Shown: in pieces, positions 25,502 through 39,100 of the stretch | Position numbering within the stretch: the stretch's first letter is position 1 | Layout of the letters: each line of letters opens with the position of its first letter | From: Tubiluchus corallicola | Lineage: Eukaryota; Animalia; Priapulida | Reading direction: 5' to 3' | DNA: 64,000 nt | NCBI GenBank assembly: GCA_030141605.1 | Contig: JAQGDQ010000005.1 | Location: 1,798,180 to 1,862,179, forward strand | Made by a program: the position numbers and the translations under genes | The notes under the pieces: generated by a model | Databases searched by the model: none | Told to the model about the DNA's origin: nothing | What the model saw: only the letters and a program-made list of their open reading frames with translations

Positions 25502-26677
25502 TTTGTAAAGACAAGACAAAGCCCGTAATATAATTCTGTCAATTTGAATTTGAATACGTTATTATTTGTGTCCCTTTTTTCTAATCTAATATCGACGTGC
25601 ACGATGAGAACTGGAAGGATTAAATCTTGTAAATCGTACCGCGCAAACCAATGCACGTTCACTCTGCGTCACACCGTAATAAAGCTAATAATATTATCTC
25701 AACCTTGATAGAATTTATACTTTTTCGGCAAATGAATTGCGATCATTTGGATGCAAGCCTAAGGTACACGGTCTCACAGACTTGCTTATTTGATGAACTT
25801 AAGATAAGTAAGCTGATGTACGTCTTATAATTAATCTAGGCCTAAGTTTACTTTACGAGTAAAAGTTATTACTAATATTGTCCTGACGTTGATTTCATTT
25901 ACGTCAAATTGTCTTATGTTCTTCCAGCATACTTCCAGCAGATTTTGTTGTTTAATTCAATAGGTCTATTGTATGGAAAGTAAGTTAAGTAAATTATTTT
26001 ATTTCAAACACGAGGTTTATAATAGATATTTTACAGTAAAAATTAACATTTACAAAATCTATAAGATAGAATTACTAAAATAAAGTTTCCTAGTTAGAAT
26101 TAATTGTTAAAAAGCAGCGAATCACCCGTACTACGTTGACCGCCAAAAGTTACTTAATTTTGATGTAACCTGAATATCTAAATTTCTTAAACAACAAATA
26201 ATATTATTATCAGAATTAATCAATCGCGTCATAAACGAATAGCAACATTTTCGCAGTATAACAACAAAATAAAGAATGTTTCGATCCAAACACATTTGTC
26301 GAAAATTACTTAAACAATTTTTTAATACAACAGAGTGATACTCCATATACACTAGTACAATATATGTTAAAGAATTTCGTCACTGCATTTAGAAAAATTT
26401 CTGATTTCTAATTACAGGTGTACGATGGTAACGCTTTTAATGTAGAATAATCAGCTATTCTGTGGCAGAACATATATTGATGTAAATAGTAGAGAGTTGG
26501 TGCGGGAGCAGATATGGTCAAAGATCATCTTCCAGATTGACAAGGACAGGACAAGGTCCAATGATTAATGAGCCACCGGACAATAAAGAACCATGGGTTT
26601 AAAATTTTACTGAAAAACAACGGATCATTAGTTAAAACATTGCCAGACACTACCAGACATTACCAACATTAAACACA

Positions 26678-26722
26678 GTGTGTCTGTGTGTGTGTGTGCG
26701 TGTGTGTGTGTGTATGTGTGTG
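26678..26722. repeat. (TG)n microsatellite
   Basis: gtgtgtctgtgtgtgtgtgtgcgtgtgtg... Confidence 0.9.
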
Positions 26723-28217
26723 TGTGCGTGCGTGTGTGTGTCTACATCATTTATTTATATGCCAAAAGTTGCTTTTTTGTGCGTTGAATTACTCGGTATG
26801 AAGGTGTCGTAATGGAATTGTTTAGTCGATTCATCAGGCAGACGGACAGGTGTCCGTACCATTTAAGCATCTGTTCCTTAGTTCAGCTAGTAAGCAAGAA
26901 GGAAAGACGCAAGACAACACACAATTTTCACATGTATAATCCTTCTCTGCCTTGACTGATGATGGACACCGTGTTGTTCGAAAATAGCCAGACTAAATTT
27001 AAAATACATTATATTTTCATGCAATTTCGTTACTCATTTTATTTTGCATTATATAAATGTTACCATTACACTCGAGCGAGCGATGCTACTGTCTGTACTT
27101 CTACGGTGCTTTGACCAGTGGCTCCCCCGAGAGGCGCTGTTTTTAGACCATTATTAAAATATGGTGGTTCTATAACTGGTGGTCCTTTGCCCGTGGTGGA
27201 TCTTTGAGGAGTGGTCCTTTGACTGGTTCTCCTTTACTTGACGATCTTTTGGCCACCGCCGAGGTAAACAGCTAAGTTCAGTCGTAACGTTCATGCCGTG
27301 ACCATCTCAACTTTCTTTTAGCCCTTTAACAACACAACTTTTTCTAGGTGGAGTGACTATGCCTTGAGATCGTTTTCATAGGCAAATAATCCTAGTGTTT
27401 TGAACATAAGCATACGTTATCAGTTTATCTTGTTTTTCGAAAAATAATTTGTTCTACTGATAGTACAAAGATGAGCAAATGAGAAAAATGCGTTATCAGA
27501 TCTAACAGGGTCTATAGGGTATACATAAATATGAGTGTATAACTAAGTTTTTTTAAGTTTTTTAAACAACAATTTTTGTTCACCGTGTGATGAATTACAA
27601 TTTACAGCTCTCATAAAAATTATAGAAAGCTCTAAGTGTCATTGTACATACTACACTGCCTTTTTTCTTTTTCGTGGAGGAAGTAGTTCAAGAAACTCGG
27701 CACAACAATAACGACTAAAATCAAGCTACAAACAGTTAAGTCAACTTGTTTGACAGCATACAAAGCAATAACAACATTCTAGTCGGGTACAGTTCGGGAT
27801 TAACCTTGTAATTTGTTGTTTATTGAAGGCTATTACATTAAGCCTCTGTAGCACAACTTCAATGGAAAATGCTATCAGGACTGTCGTCACTGGATTATAG
27901 TCTGCAGATCTCGTTTTACTAATTGCTACTTCCCATTATTTTGCCCTGCCCGTTTATACATTCTGAATAAATAGTTATTCTAATTTTTCCCTCACAATAA
28001 ATATTACCTTACTGCTTAACTACACCTTCACCTACTGCAAGAAGAACATCAGCATAAACCATTTCTGATTTGTTGGTATAACGTTAATGTCGGAATTATT
28101 TTTAGTTACAGAAATTGAAATTGTCAAATAATCATGTAGAATTTTTAACTATTATTGAGAAATAAAGTTGAATTTGCCACTGGTATCAACATGAGTGTTA
28201 AATGCTGTCACTGGTAA

Positions 28218-28634
28218 GAGTGAGCATTCTGTACCAGAAATCAAATTCGAATTGAGTCGAGTTTGTGACTTTCGACTTAGAATCGAACTGAACAGTATTT
28301 TGAATTGAAGTCGAATTTGAATTGAGAGTGAAAAATTTTCGATTTAGTTTTCGAACCACCAGTAAAAACTGGTTTTACAAAGGTCACCCATATTACTTGA
28401 TTTTGTTCTACTGTAAATTTAAACCACTAAAGATTTGTTTAAAAATTGTGCACAGAAATCACAGCTAAATTGTGCTAATTGCATGATGTTTCAAATGTTT
28501 TAATGTTAAAGAACGTACGTGGTTGAAGTGCTGAATTATTCGAATTTATAATTTTAGGTTTGAATCGAATTCGAACTAAAAAACTCGTTCAACTGCAATT
28601 CAAACTCGTTTAATCGAACGTTCGATGCTCACCG
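28218..28634. mobile_element. Diverged relative of the 8724-9164 MITE
   Basis: Collinear internal sequence shared with 8724-9164 (taccagaaa, ttttcgaaccaccagtaaaa, cagaaatc.cagctaaatt.tgctaattgc, gaagtgctgaattatt, tcgaactaaaaaa). Ends GTGAGCAT...ATGCTCAC. Confidence 0.75.
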
Positions 28635-30194
28635 GTCAGTAGTCACTGGAAAGTAGCCAAGCGAGAGAGTGAGTGAACAGAAATCACTTTACTAAAAACA
28701 GTCGACCACAGGTGGCGACACATTTTGCGTTGCTCCTCTGTCATGGCTGCTAACATGCTGATGTGATGCTTGTGATAATAAGAAAGTAACGAAAACGCAC
28801 AGAAAAAACAAAAGATAATAATAACTTAAATGAAAACCAAATTGCTAGTACTAACTAATAATAATTTTTGACTGAACCGAAATGCAATGATCAGGAAACC
28901 AAAACGAAATTTTCGTTTCAGTAACATCCCTGCTGCGCACAGCAATATTCCAAGCGGTAATTATTGCCTTAACATTATGCAGTAGCATTAGACAGTAAAG
29001 TTGGGAAATTCTAGAATTCTAGTAATTTCCCAAAAATTTAATAAACAAAATAAAAAAAGCTAAAAAACAAAGTACATAATTACATTTTGTTGGTGGCTAA
29101 CTGTCTTGTGCCCAAGTGTCCCCATGCCCAAATGTCATGTACCCTTTTTCTTCTAGTTGCATAGATCATATTTCTTTCAAATTCATTCTTATGTAATGTA
29201 GATGTGTTATTATTTTCTGATGACCTAGATGACTATAGATTTCGGATTGTCACTCTGTATTTTTCAAAAAAATGTTAATTTTGTACTGACTCTTGCTTGT
29301 AGTTAGCGTTTGTACATTTTCTTATTTTTTATAACAATTTTTCTTTCATTCTGATTTCTTGGCTATTACAGTTTCTAGGTCTATTATTATGTCAAAACCA
29401 CATGTTTCTGTGTTCGTTTTAAATCATTTGCAGGATCTGCTTCATTATGTACTTATTTTACTTTGTACACAAACCTGTTTTCATTAATCATTATCAATAG
29501 TTAGTTTCTTATTTATATAATCCATTTTTTGTTCAGTAAGCCATCTTCCAGTATCAGATATTTGAGCAATATGAGGTCATATTGTTCTTATGTTTTATGT
29601 TTTTCTTACATTTACGTATTCATTTTTTTAAATCACTTGAAGTTATTTTCCATGCTTCACATAACTTAGTATGACTGGTAAAGTATGCAATTGATTCATC
29701 CTCTTAATTTTATTGCTTCTGTATAAATATATTCACCTCTTTCTTAAACTATTTAAGTATATGTAAAATTTATACTTTTTTCTTTCTGTGAATGTTCAAA
29801 ACTGTTTTAATCATTCGCAAATTTCCCATTCTCTAAGATTCTCTAAGATTGCACAATAACACATTTATTTTAATAAATGTGTACTATCATTTAGTAGAGT
29901 TGGTTTACAATATAAATTACACAATTTGTGTATGTAACATTTGAACATAATGTTTGGCCTACGTGCTGTAAATAAATATGGAAGTAATAGCCGAGTATAT
30001 TTTGCTGCATATTATATGGACTAATATACTTTGAAAAAACTTGATTTTGCATTTTAGATACCTTCTGCTGAGACGTAATAGCAAACTGCTTTGTGAATGA
30101 CTAATTGTGTGCATACTGAACATGGCGTAGCTTTTGGGGCTCTAAACAAACTGACTTTCTGGACAAACTGGAGTTCTGACTTAATTGAACAATT

Positions 30195-33100
30195 ATGCCA
30201 AGTCTTGTTGCATTCCGAAGAAGGTGGATGATTGGAAGTGATGATTTAGTGTTCCCAGGATTACTGGAAACATTTGTGAGAATTGCTTGGTGAGTAAACT
30301 TGATGTTTTGTTTAATATGTTTTTAATTGAACCTTGTCATATAGAATAATTCAAAAAGTTTTTTTTTTGTATTTTCATAGAACTTCTTCTGTATTATATT
30401 TTGTTGCCCGTGCAAATTCAGATTTTCGATAAACTTTTGTGTGATGAGTAACATTGTTATAATAATTTAGTCATAAAATTGTAAAATTTTTGAAATTCTT
30501 TTTAGTAATAAAAAATTAGTAGGTTTCCAACATTTCTCATTTTGTATGTAGATTGCAGGTGTGTATAGTTTGTAGTTTAGACAATTAGGAGCTATTTAGA
30601 AAATAAAATTGTACATTGTAGATGGTAAATTGTATCAGCAGCACTGCCACAAAAGGCTTCTGTAATAACATAATTTTGCAAATTGTGATTGTTTGTTATT
30701 CTGCTGTTGTTTTTAATTACAGGTTAATGACTATTATTATAGTTGTCGGCATGCATTACCACAGACTTCTATATTGTAGTGGTGGAAGTTTACTTGCAGT
30801 GTACCTCATTGGTGTCATCATTATAATTCCATTACAGATTCTTCTTGCTTTGTGTGTTGCATATACTAGTGCTCAGGTTTGTCTTTTTTAGTTACATTCT
30901 TCTCAAGTAATATAGTTAATGGATTTGGCAAAGAGACTTGAAAGTTTCGCAGTAATTTGTTTACTATTGACTTTGGAATAATTAGAATTTAATGGACATT
31001 GCTAATGTGTGTGAGTTGTTGTTAAATTTGCATTGCATTCTTCATCTTTTGTGCTATAATTGATTTTTTTTTAGTTTTTTATCAATCATTTTTTTACTTG
31101 ACTGTAATTTATGTCAGCTGATTGGCTGTTGAAATACCTGAAATTAAAAAAAGTAGAAGCTTGTGAATTCTTGTGAATATAGGATGTGTATTCTGGATTC
31201 AGTAAATCTGTGATCTACTTTTATGCGATGTAAGCATTTAAACAGTGCTATAGCTACATGTAAATATTGACACTGAGTGGCACTTTTAAATATTTTTAGG
31301 GAAATATAGTAGTAGCCACACCAAGAAAACGAATACCACTCTTAATTTACATTCGAACGATTGTTTTTATTATTGAACTTGGATGGTGCATATTCGGCAT
31401 AGTATGGTCGTACCATTCATCTGTTGGCTGTGAAAGTCATGTTATAAATGTCATCAGAGCAGCAGCTATCGCTAGTGTAGCTATTATGCTAATTTTAGCT
31501 GGTATGTAATTTATATTAAATGCTTTAAAAATATTTTTTGCAATGGTTGTTTTGTTGAATATACATTTTTTCATTTACATTTTTCTGTTACAACCATCAC
31601 AAAATGAATTCTTTAATTCTTTACTGTGGTTTTAATTTTGGTATCATGCAATATTGTTTTAGTTGTATGTTATGTTGTGTATAGCAATTTACAGCAATGC
31701 TGTGTTAAGTTAATTTAGCTTCTTCAAATAGCCAAGTTTCAATTTCTTGTGCTTACTATTTGATCTAATATTTAATCTGTGTGAAAAGTTAGTTGCATTA
31801 TAACAGTTTTTATTAATTTGCAGTTGGGATGGCAGTAGTGTTTGATCCACTTGGTGCTGAATCATTGTCTGTGACAGGAAGCAGGTCTCGGCAGAATAGT
31901 TCAGATTCTGATAGTGGATTTGTTCATTTGTATCTTCAGCCAGAGGCTGAAAAGATATGGGAGACCAGGTGAATTTGCTAATAAATTAAAATAACTGTTA
32001 TAGAATGCTTACTTTACAATTTCACAGAAAACAATGTATCAAGTTTGATAGGAGCAAATGAGATAAAAGGAAATCCACCATTTCAATTTTTTTAAATTGT
32101 GGTAGTGGTTTATTATGGCTTAGAAAAAATATGTTCTTTGAAGTCCGATGCTACAGCTATCGCTAGTATAGCTGTTATGCTAATTTTAGCTAGTATGTAA
32201 TTTTTATTCCACGTTTTAAAAATATTTTTGTATTGGTAGTTTACATTTTTCTGTTACAACCATCTCAAAATGAATTCTCTTAATGTTTGCTGTGGGAGAC
32301 GATGAGAGAGCGAGACAAACTTTTTACAAATTTTTACACGACGTAGTGAGTAATTTATAAGACCACACTACAATTATCTGTTGATTGACATCTTGGGATT
32401 TTAAAGCTAAAGACAAACAGATGTTATTTATTAGAAATAATCGAGGTTTAATGTTTGTTGTACTGTCATTCGGGATTTTATTGATTATTATTTTTTTTGT
32501 GCCATCATTTTCCTAAAAAATTACCTTGTAAAAAATCATAAAGGAGACACACTGAGCCAATAAGAAATGTCAAAGCAAAATCTCAATAACAATTTGTTAG
32601 ACTGGAGAATTTAGAAAGATTTCTCCAATAGTAAAATATATTTCTTTTAACTGCAATAATTGCTAAAATTCTGCTAACATTTTGAAAATTGCACATTATT
32701 TGTCTACATTATGCTCTTATTGCTTCTGATATTTTTCCAGAGCCCATTTTGTGAAATGCAATAGCTTATGAATGCTAAGTGTCATCCAGAGACTAACAAA
32801 TTACTTATATGAGTTTACCTAGAAGTTCCAAAAGTGTCCAATTGTAAGAAAAAGCTGTCAAGGCTTAACATATTAATGGGTTATTAGTTTATGTTACTAA
32901 TGTTGCTAGGTTAAATTTTCCAGTTCAAATTAGATATGTTATAGGATTATATTGCAGGTGTCGCCTACTCTGCTGTGTTTGCTTCATTAACGAGAAAAGT
33001 AAAGCTGCATTCACGGATATTGCTCGGTTAATTGCAGGTTATTTTGAGGTAAGAATGTGTAACACATTTCATTTTCAAGTAATTTTATTTGCTAGCTGCT

Positions 33101-36100
33101 ATGCTTTTATATTCCATTGCTTAGCAAATATTTACAGTAAACTGTGTATTTGATACACGTATATATATTTATAATATATATATCGTTTAACGTTATTACT
33201 AGAGGACAGAGCTGCGCCGTTTCAGCTGAGCTCCAGCCGGTTTATTTCTACAGCCGACCGAGCTGATAAGAAACCCAGCTTTAGTCGCGCCAGCCACTCA
33301 GTGATGGGAGTTGAGTTAGCCAACATTTTTGCCGGCTGCGAAGATTGTCACTCTTGCGAACAAGCCACTGACATAGCAGTGTATAGTTTTTTGCTAGATT
33401 ACTGCTGTGCTTACCTATCTTGAGGGCAGATTTCTTATATTTTAGAATTCTGCCTGCCCAATGTTTACAGTTGACGTAATGGGTTAGGATGATGATGAAA
33501 TCACTGGTTGAAATACGGCAAACACATTGCGATTCGCAGTCAGATTGTGCATGTGCTGGCAAAGATACTAAATTTAGAAATTTTTGAACGAGAAAGCAGT
33601 AAAAATTAAATACACAAACTTTAGTCACATGTATGGGATCATTTTGGTGTTTTGGTATTGATTCATTGGTAATAAAGATAAGCCTCGCCAAGAATTGGAT
33701 TTAAATTATATTTGCAATAAATCCATTGCTTCATTGTAATAAAAAAAAATGATCTCAAGTGCGTTATTTGAATACATTATCTTTTTTCTGTGCATAAACA
33801 CATTTCTTCTTTAAGCCAACTCAGCTGAAGAATCAGTTAACTTCAGCCGAGCTAGCTGATTTACTCTACGAGTCAGCTGATGTGGTAGCAACTGACTCAG
33901 CTTCAGCCTCTAGTTATAACTTGACAAATACTTTCATGCAATTTGTTGCTCGAGGAGCTGTACAGTTTTTGCTGATTATCAATTGTTCAATGATGTGGTA
34001 AGTAAGGCTAGTTATTAAGAATGCAGTCTTTACAGGGAATTGATTTAGTGCCATCAGACATTGCGGCTGGACTTGTCTTACTTCAAATGCAACAGCAACA
34101 GGAAGATCGACGCCAGCGATTTATCTCCGCTAAGAAACAATTACACATGCATGAGCAAGACAGAGAGCAAGCAGAGCATGCTCCAGAACAAGTGCTGGTG
34201 TCAACTTGGATGACTCTGCCAATGATATTACATTATCTAAAGTTTGCTTTGTCGGTGTACGGATGGCCTCTTTATGCACTTATGCATCCACTGACTGGCT
34301 GTTTCAACTTATACAGAAAAGCAAAGTATGTTTGTGTAAATTTTTTTACATTTTTCTACTTTTACATTTTTTATTTAAAATTTGATTTTCCTCATTGCAT
34401 TTCAAGTTAAAGTCGTAAGATTTTACTTAGCAGCTCAGTTGTTCAGTATATTTTTTAAGGTGTTGTAGCTGTTGGCGACAGGATTTTGCTGTTGATGATA
34501 ATTGTTTGTCATGTAATTCAGCAGCGGTCCTTAATGTCACTGGTCTTCATAGTGATCAAGTCATCTTCTCAAGTTTTCGAAATCAGGTACACTGCATACT
34601 AGAAGTATCTAATTTTTTTCATTTACTGCTTAGCACGTCTGCTCATTTCTGACTTATGACAATCTTTTTTTGTCATGTGTGTGGCTCTTTCCATTGTACG
34701 TAATTATCAGAAAATTTTTTTTGCCTATAGGTTGCCTGAAGCAAAGTTTATGTTGTGGTTTTTCATAGAAATGGGCTAAAATTAGAAAGCGAAATGTGGA
34801 TATATGTACAGCAACATAGAATTTTCATTATTAATTCACAAATGAAAAGGGGTATATGTAGACGTTCTTACTGGAAGTTGTAGTTAACAGAGAAACAATC
34901 ATCTGGTATTGTGTCCTGCAGATAAGAGATCATAAGGAAAAAATTTCTGGAGTTGTAAACAGCTCTGCAGTGTTCAGAGCAAAAATACAGTAGACATCGT
35001 TTATTAAACTCGCAGTAAATAAATCAGTCATCTAATTGACTCACAAATGTCTGGTATGAGCCGCTCCTATTCAAATGTCCTATTCAAATAACTTTGCATA
35101 ATTGACTCAACATTGTTCCTTCATATACTAAAAACAAGACACTTGTGTGTGCCCAAAGAACTTTTGCTGCTTTTATGTCATCTTTACATCGATTTTGTGC
35201 ACTATAATAGACGTAGAAACAGTCATGTTAAGTACGGCTTTGTTTGTAAGCAGGTACAGTACATTTATCGTGTGCGCTAATGTGTTAACGTAGCAGTTTT
35301 GCTTTGAATCTGTCACCTGCTTGTTTTCTATAGTTAACCTTGTTGTTTCTGGAAGCTAAACATTTAATGACTTGCCCTACTGTTTGCTTTTGAAGCTCCT
35401 GTTGCTTTTCACAGGGGAAAGAAGGTCATTACCAACAGCAAGTCAAGCACTAGATGACTGGGTGTTTTGCGTGAATATGTACAGTATACAGCAACAGATT
35501 TTAAACATTTTTATCATTATTAGAACTTTATGAACTAACTTCTTCTTGAAGAAATGAAGCAGCCGACCTTGCTTGTAATTTTTGTAATATTTAGTGGAAA
35601 TAATCAGATTTGTGCAATTTTTTTATTTTCTTTTTTTATTAGTTCACTTATGTAAATTAGTGTTCTTAAATAATTACACATAGGAATTCTGACATGAATT
35701 CGTTTGTAAAATTCATTTAAAGTCTTTGCAGTGTATACTAAGGTGATGAGTGATGACTCATACTTCTAATAGTAATAGACTACACTCGTCTGCTAATTGA
35801 ATCAGTTGGTTAATTGGGTCAAAACACTTCCGTCCCGAAGTGAGTCTGTTAAGCGGTGTCTACGAAGCATGTGAAGCAGCAGCAAAGACAGTATTAACAT
35901 TAAACTTCTAATGGTGTTAAATCGATAAACAAAAGTATTAAATTGTAAATTGTCTTGAAATGTAAAACATGACTGTGAATCTTTCAAACTGTAGCAAGTG
36001 AACACAAGGTCATTTCAAGTCGTGTTCGATTAAAAAACATTATCTGTTGTATACATATTATTTAAAAAAACAAATTTACCAACTTAAGAGTAATGTTAAT

Positions 36101-39100
36101 TGGTCGTAGTAGAGATATACTCCAACGTAGTCTGCTACCTCAAAGCCCTTTAGTTTTTAATGGCTGACTTGTTAACTGTTGTAATCAGATAAATGTCCAC
36201 TGATCTTCTGAGTAAACAGTCCTTTGTGATAATGATTTAGGTATATGAAGTACCTTTCCTGGTTGTTGTGGATGATGAAACTGAGTCAGTTGTAATAAGC
36301 ATCAGAGGAACTTTATCCATTGGCGTGAGTTTTGCTTCCTTCTATGCTTCAATCGTTTTACTACTTTAAAAACATGGTTTTCTAATAGTCATTTACAATA
36401 GTATTTTTTTACATTTTGGTACTCTGAAGCACTTATCCAGTATTTAGTGGCAAGGCCTACCCGACGTATATTGTTGTGGCAAGACGAAAATCTAGCTCGT
36501 TATCAAGGTAGTCCTCTAAGATGAAACACTAAATTACTGGAAATGTTTTACGCATATGTGAACAGAACAGTGTATATGCATAGAATCCTTCGTCGGTGAA
36601 GTGAAACAGCAATTAAGAATAGGTCAGTTGAAACCGATTAAAAGTAATTTTCCTCATAGTCACTCATTCATTTGTTGACTAGACTCGTTATTGCTTAACT
36701 TTGTTTGCTAAGCGCAGTCCATGACCACTTTGTTATTTCCTTTGTACCTCATAAAGTGAATTATGTATGTATGCATTATGTAAGTATTATAAAATGAACA
36801 TTGTAGATTAGAGTCCATTTAAGATAAATAACGATTCTTTAGCTTAATTATACCTGTTTTTAGGATGCATTAACTGATTTGACTGCAGAAGCTTGTTGTG
36901 TCAATGTAGCCCATGATGTGCCAGAACACTGCATTGCGTGCAAGGCACATAAAGGCATTTTTCAAACAGCTGAATATGTCAAAGCGACACTAGAGCGTGA
37001 ACAAATTCTAGAAAAGGCATTTAGTGGCAGAGAGGTATATTATGCAAACAAACTGAAAAATTAGTCTATATTGATGAGTGGACATTTTTGCATGCATGGT
37101 GCTTTTTGCTGTTCGTAATGAACTGTTTTTCTCAGCTAACTAAAAATAGGTTGCATTGTTGCATTTTATTTCTAAAATATATTTTTTAATGAAATTTTCA
37201 GCATAAGTGAATGATAAACTTATGAGCATTATTTGGCTTTTATCACAAAACTGTAAAGGGAAATCTTATTTAATAGTAATTTTCTGGTATATAAGCTTTG
37301 TATTACGTTGATTTAATTTGACTTCATTTTTAAAATTCATTTATTTTTTGTAGGGCTATAATCTGGTATTGACAGGTCACAGTCTAGGGGCTGGCTCTTG
37401 TGCACTACTTGCAGTTTTGCTCAAGCCTTCCTATCCAAATTTAATGTGCTTTGCTTATTCACCACCAGGCGGATTACTCAAGTAATTACTTATTAAGGTC
37501 AACTTGAGTATTACAATTTGAGTTAAACAGTTTACTTACTTATTCAAATTAGATTTTCATTTCTCGTGTGGAATAAAATAGCATTTTCTTTGTGTTCACA
37601 AGTGCACCTTAATTTTTAATTTTGATGTAAATCAACGTAACAAACATATTAAATGTGTAGTTGACTTATATTATCCAAACCCCCAACTGTGTTTGTAAGA
37701 CATTGAGTAGGGTAAATTTTATACCTGTGTACTGTGCAGTAGATACACTAGTCATATTATTTCTCGGGTCTTGTACCATGATACTTTTTCCGCATTCAAG
37801 TTACTAGAATCAGTGGTTTGTTATAAATTACAGATTGTTATAATTGCTGTTTACACTTTTTATTTACAATAATCCACAATTAAAGGTTAATCCACAGCTG
37901 TCCAACTGTGCAGGAATGTTCAGATAAAACTAACCAGTAAAATTGTGCAGTAGAAAACAGTATGCAGTAGGTGTTTTTCTTGCAGAAAGCAGAGTTAGGC
38001 TGAACTGTGAGGATAATTCTTGTGTCACCTTGTAAATTAAATAGGCTGTAGCAGTTTGTTTGCAATCAGGTATGACTTAAGCCGCGTTTCCACTGCGCCT
38101 GCATAGACACGGACTTTTTCTGTATGACTCACGTGGAGAAAAATTGGAACAATTGCGTGCCGTTGCAAATCATTGTTTTTCGTCCTTGTCATTTCCACTG
38201 TGTCGGCATGGAAAGCACTTTTATTGCCAAACCTTTTTTTGTGTGAACAGACAGGTTCATTTTCGTGTTGGAGGACAAACAAATCATACATGCTATGCAA
38301 ATTAGACCAGCTCTATGTGACAAAAGAAATCCGAAATATAGTCACAGAGACTTTGCGAGGCAACTATAGGTTGAAGTAGCCTTTGAAGTTAATACTGAAG
38401 TTAGAATAGATGTATGTCTAGTTTTTGTTGTTAACTTAACATTTTTGTAAATTTAGGCCTGATTTTGTGATTCTATTGTGCATACATTTTTTCAAATTTG
38501 TAGTATGTATTTACACACGCTGTTGCCACAGTATTTTGACTTCGTCTGGAAAATTACATTGACTAGTTGTGCTATTACGGTGGTGAAAATTATAAGCACC
38601 AAAACATTGTTAGCTTTATAATAAAGCCAATTTTTTATTTGAAGTGAATATGACTAGTATTTAAATTCCACTAGAAAACACGCTGCAAAATTGCAACATG
38701 TAGGCATGCAAAATCGAAATCAGCTGTAGTAGAATAGTAATAAGAAAAAGAAAAGGTACACTAGATACTTTTAAGGCTTTGCAAAAGATTTCATTGAAGC
38801 TGCCACCATTTGCCTTCACCACCAAGTGAAAAATAGTCAAGTTAAAGTGGTCAGTATTTTGATGCTGTCAAGACACTGAGCCAGCAAGAGAAACAAAGAA
38901 GAGAAATAAGAGAGCGTAAAAAATTTATTTATATTGGGTGTACCCAAAAACGATGTTGTATTGCCTACTTGCTTTTCTCTTTAACCACCATAGCAAAATA
39001 AAAATCTTTCCTCTAGAAAGCCTGATGTCTAGAATTTCGCGCTAAAATTTTGGCACACTTATTACATGCTTTACGGAATGAGCGCAGTCCTAATGGAAAT

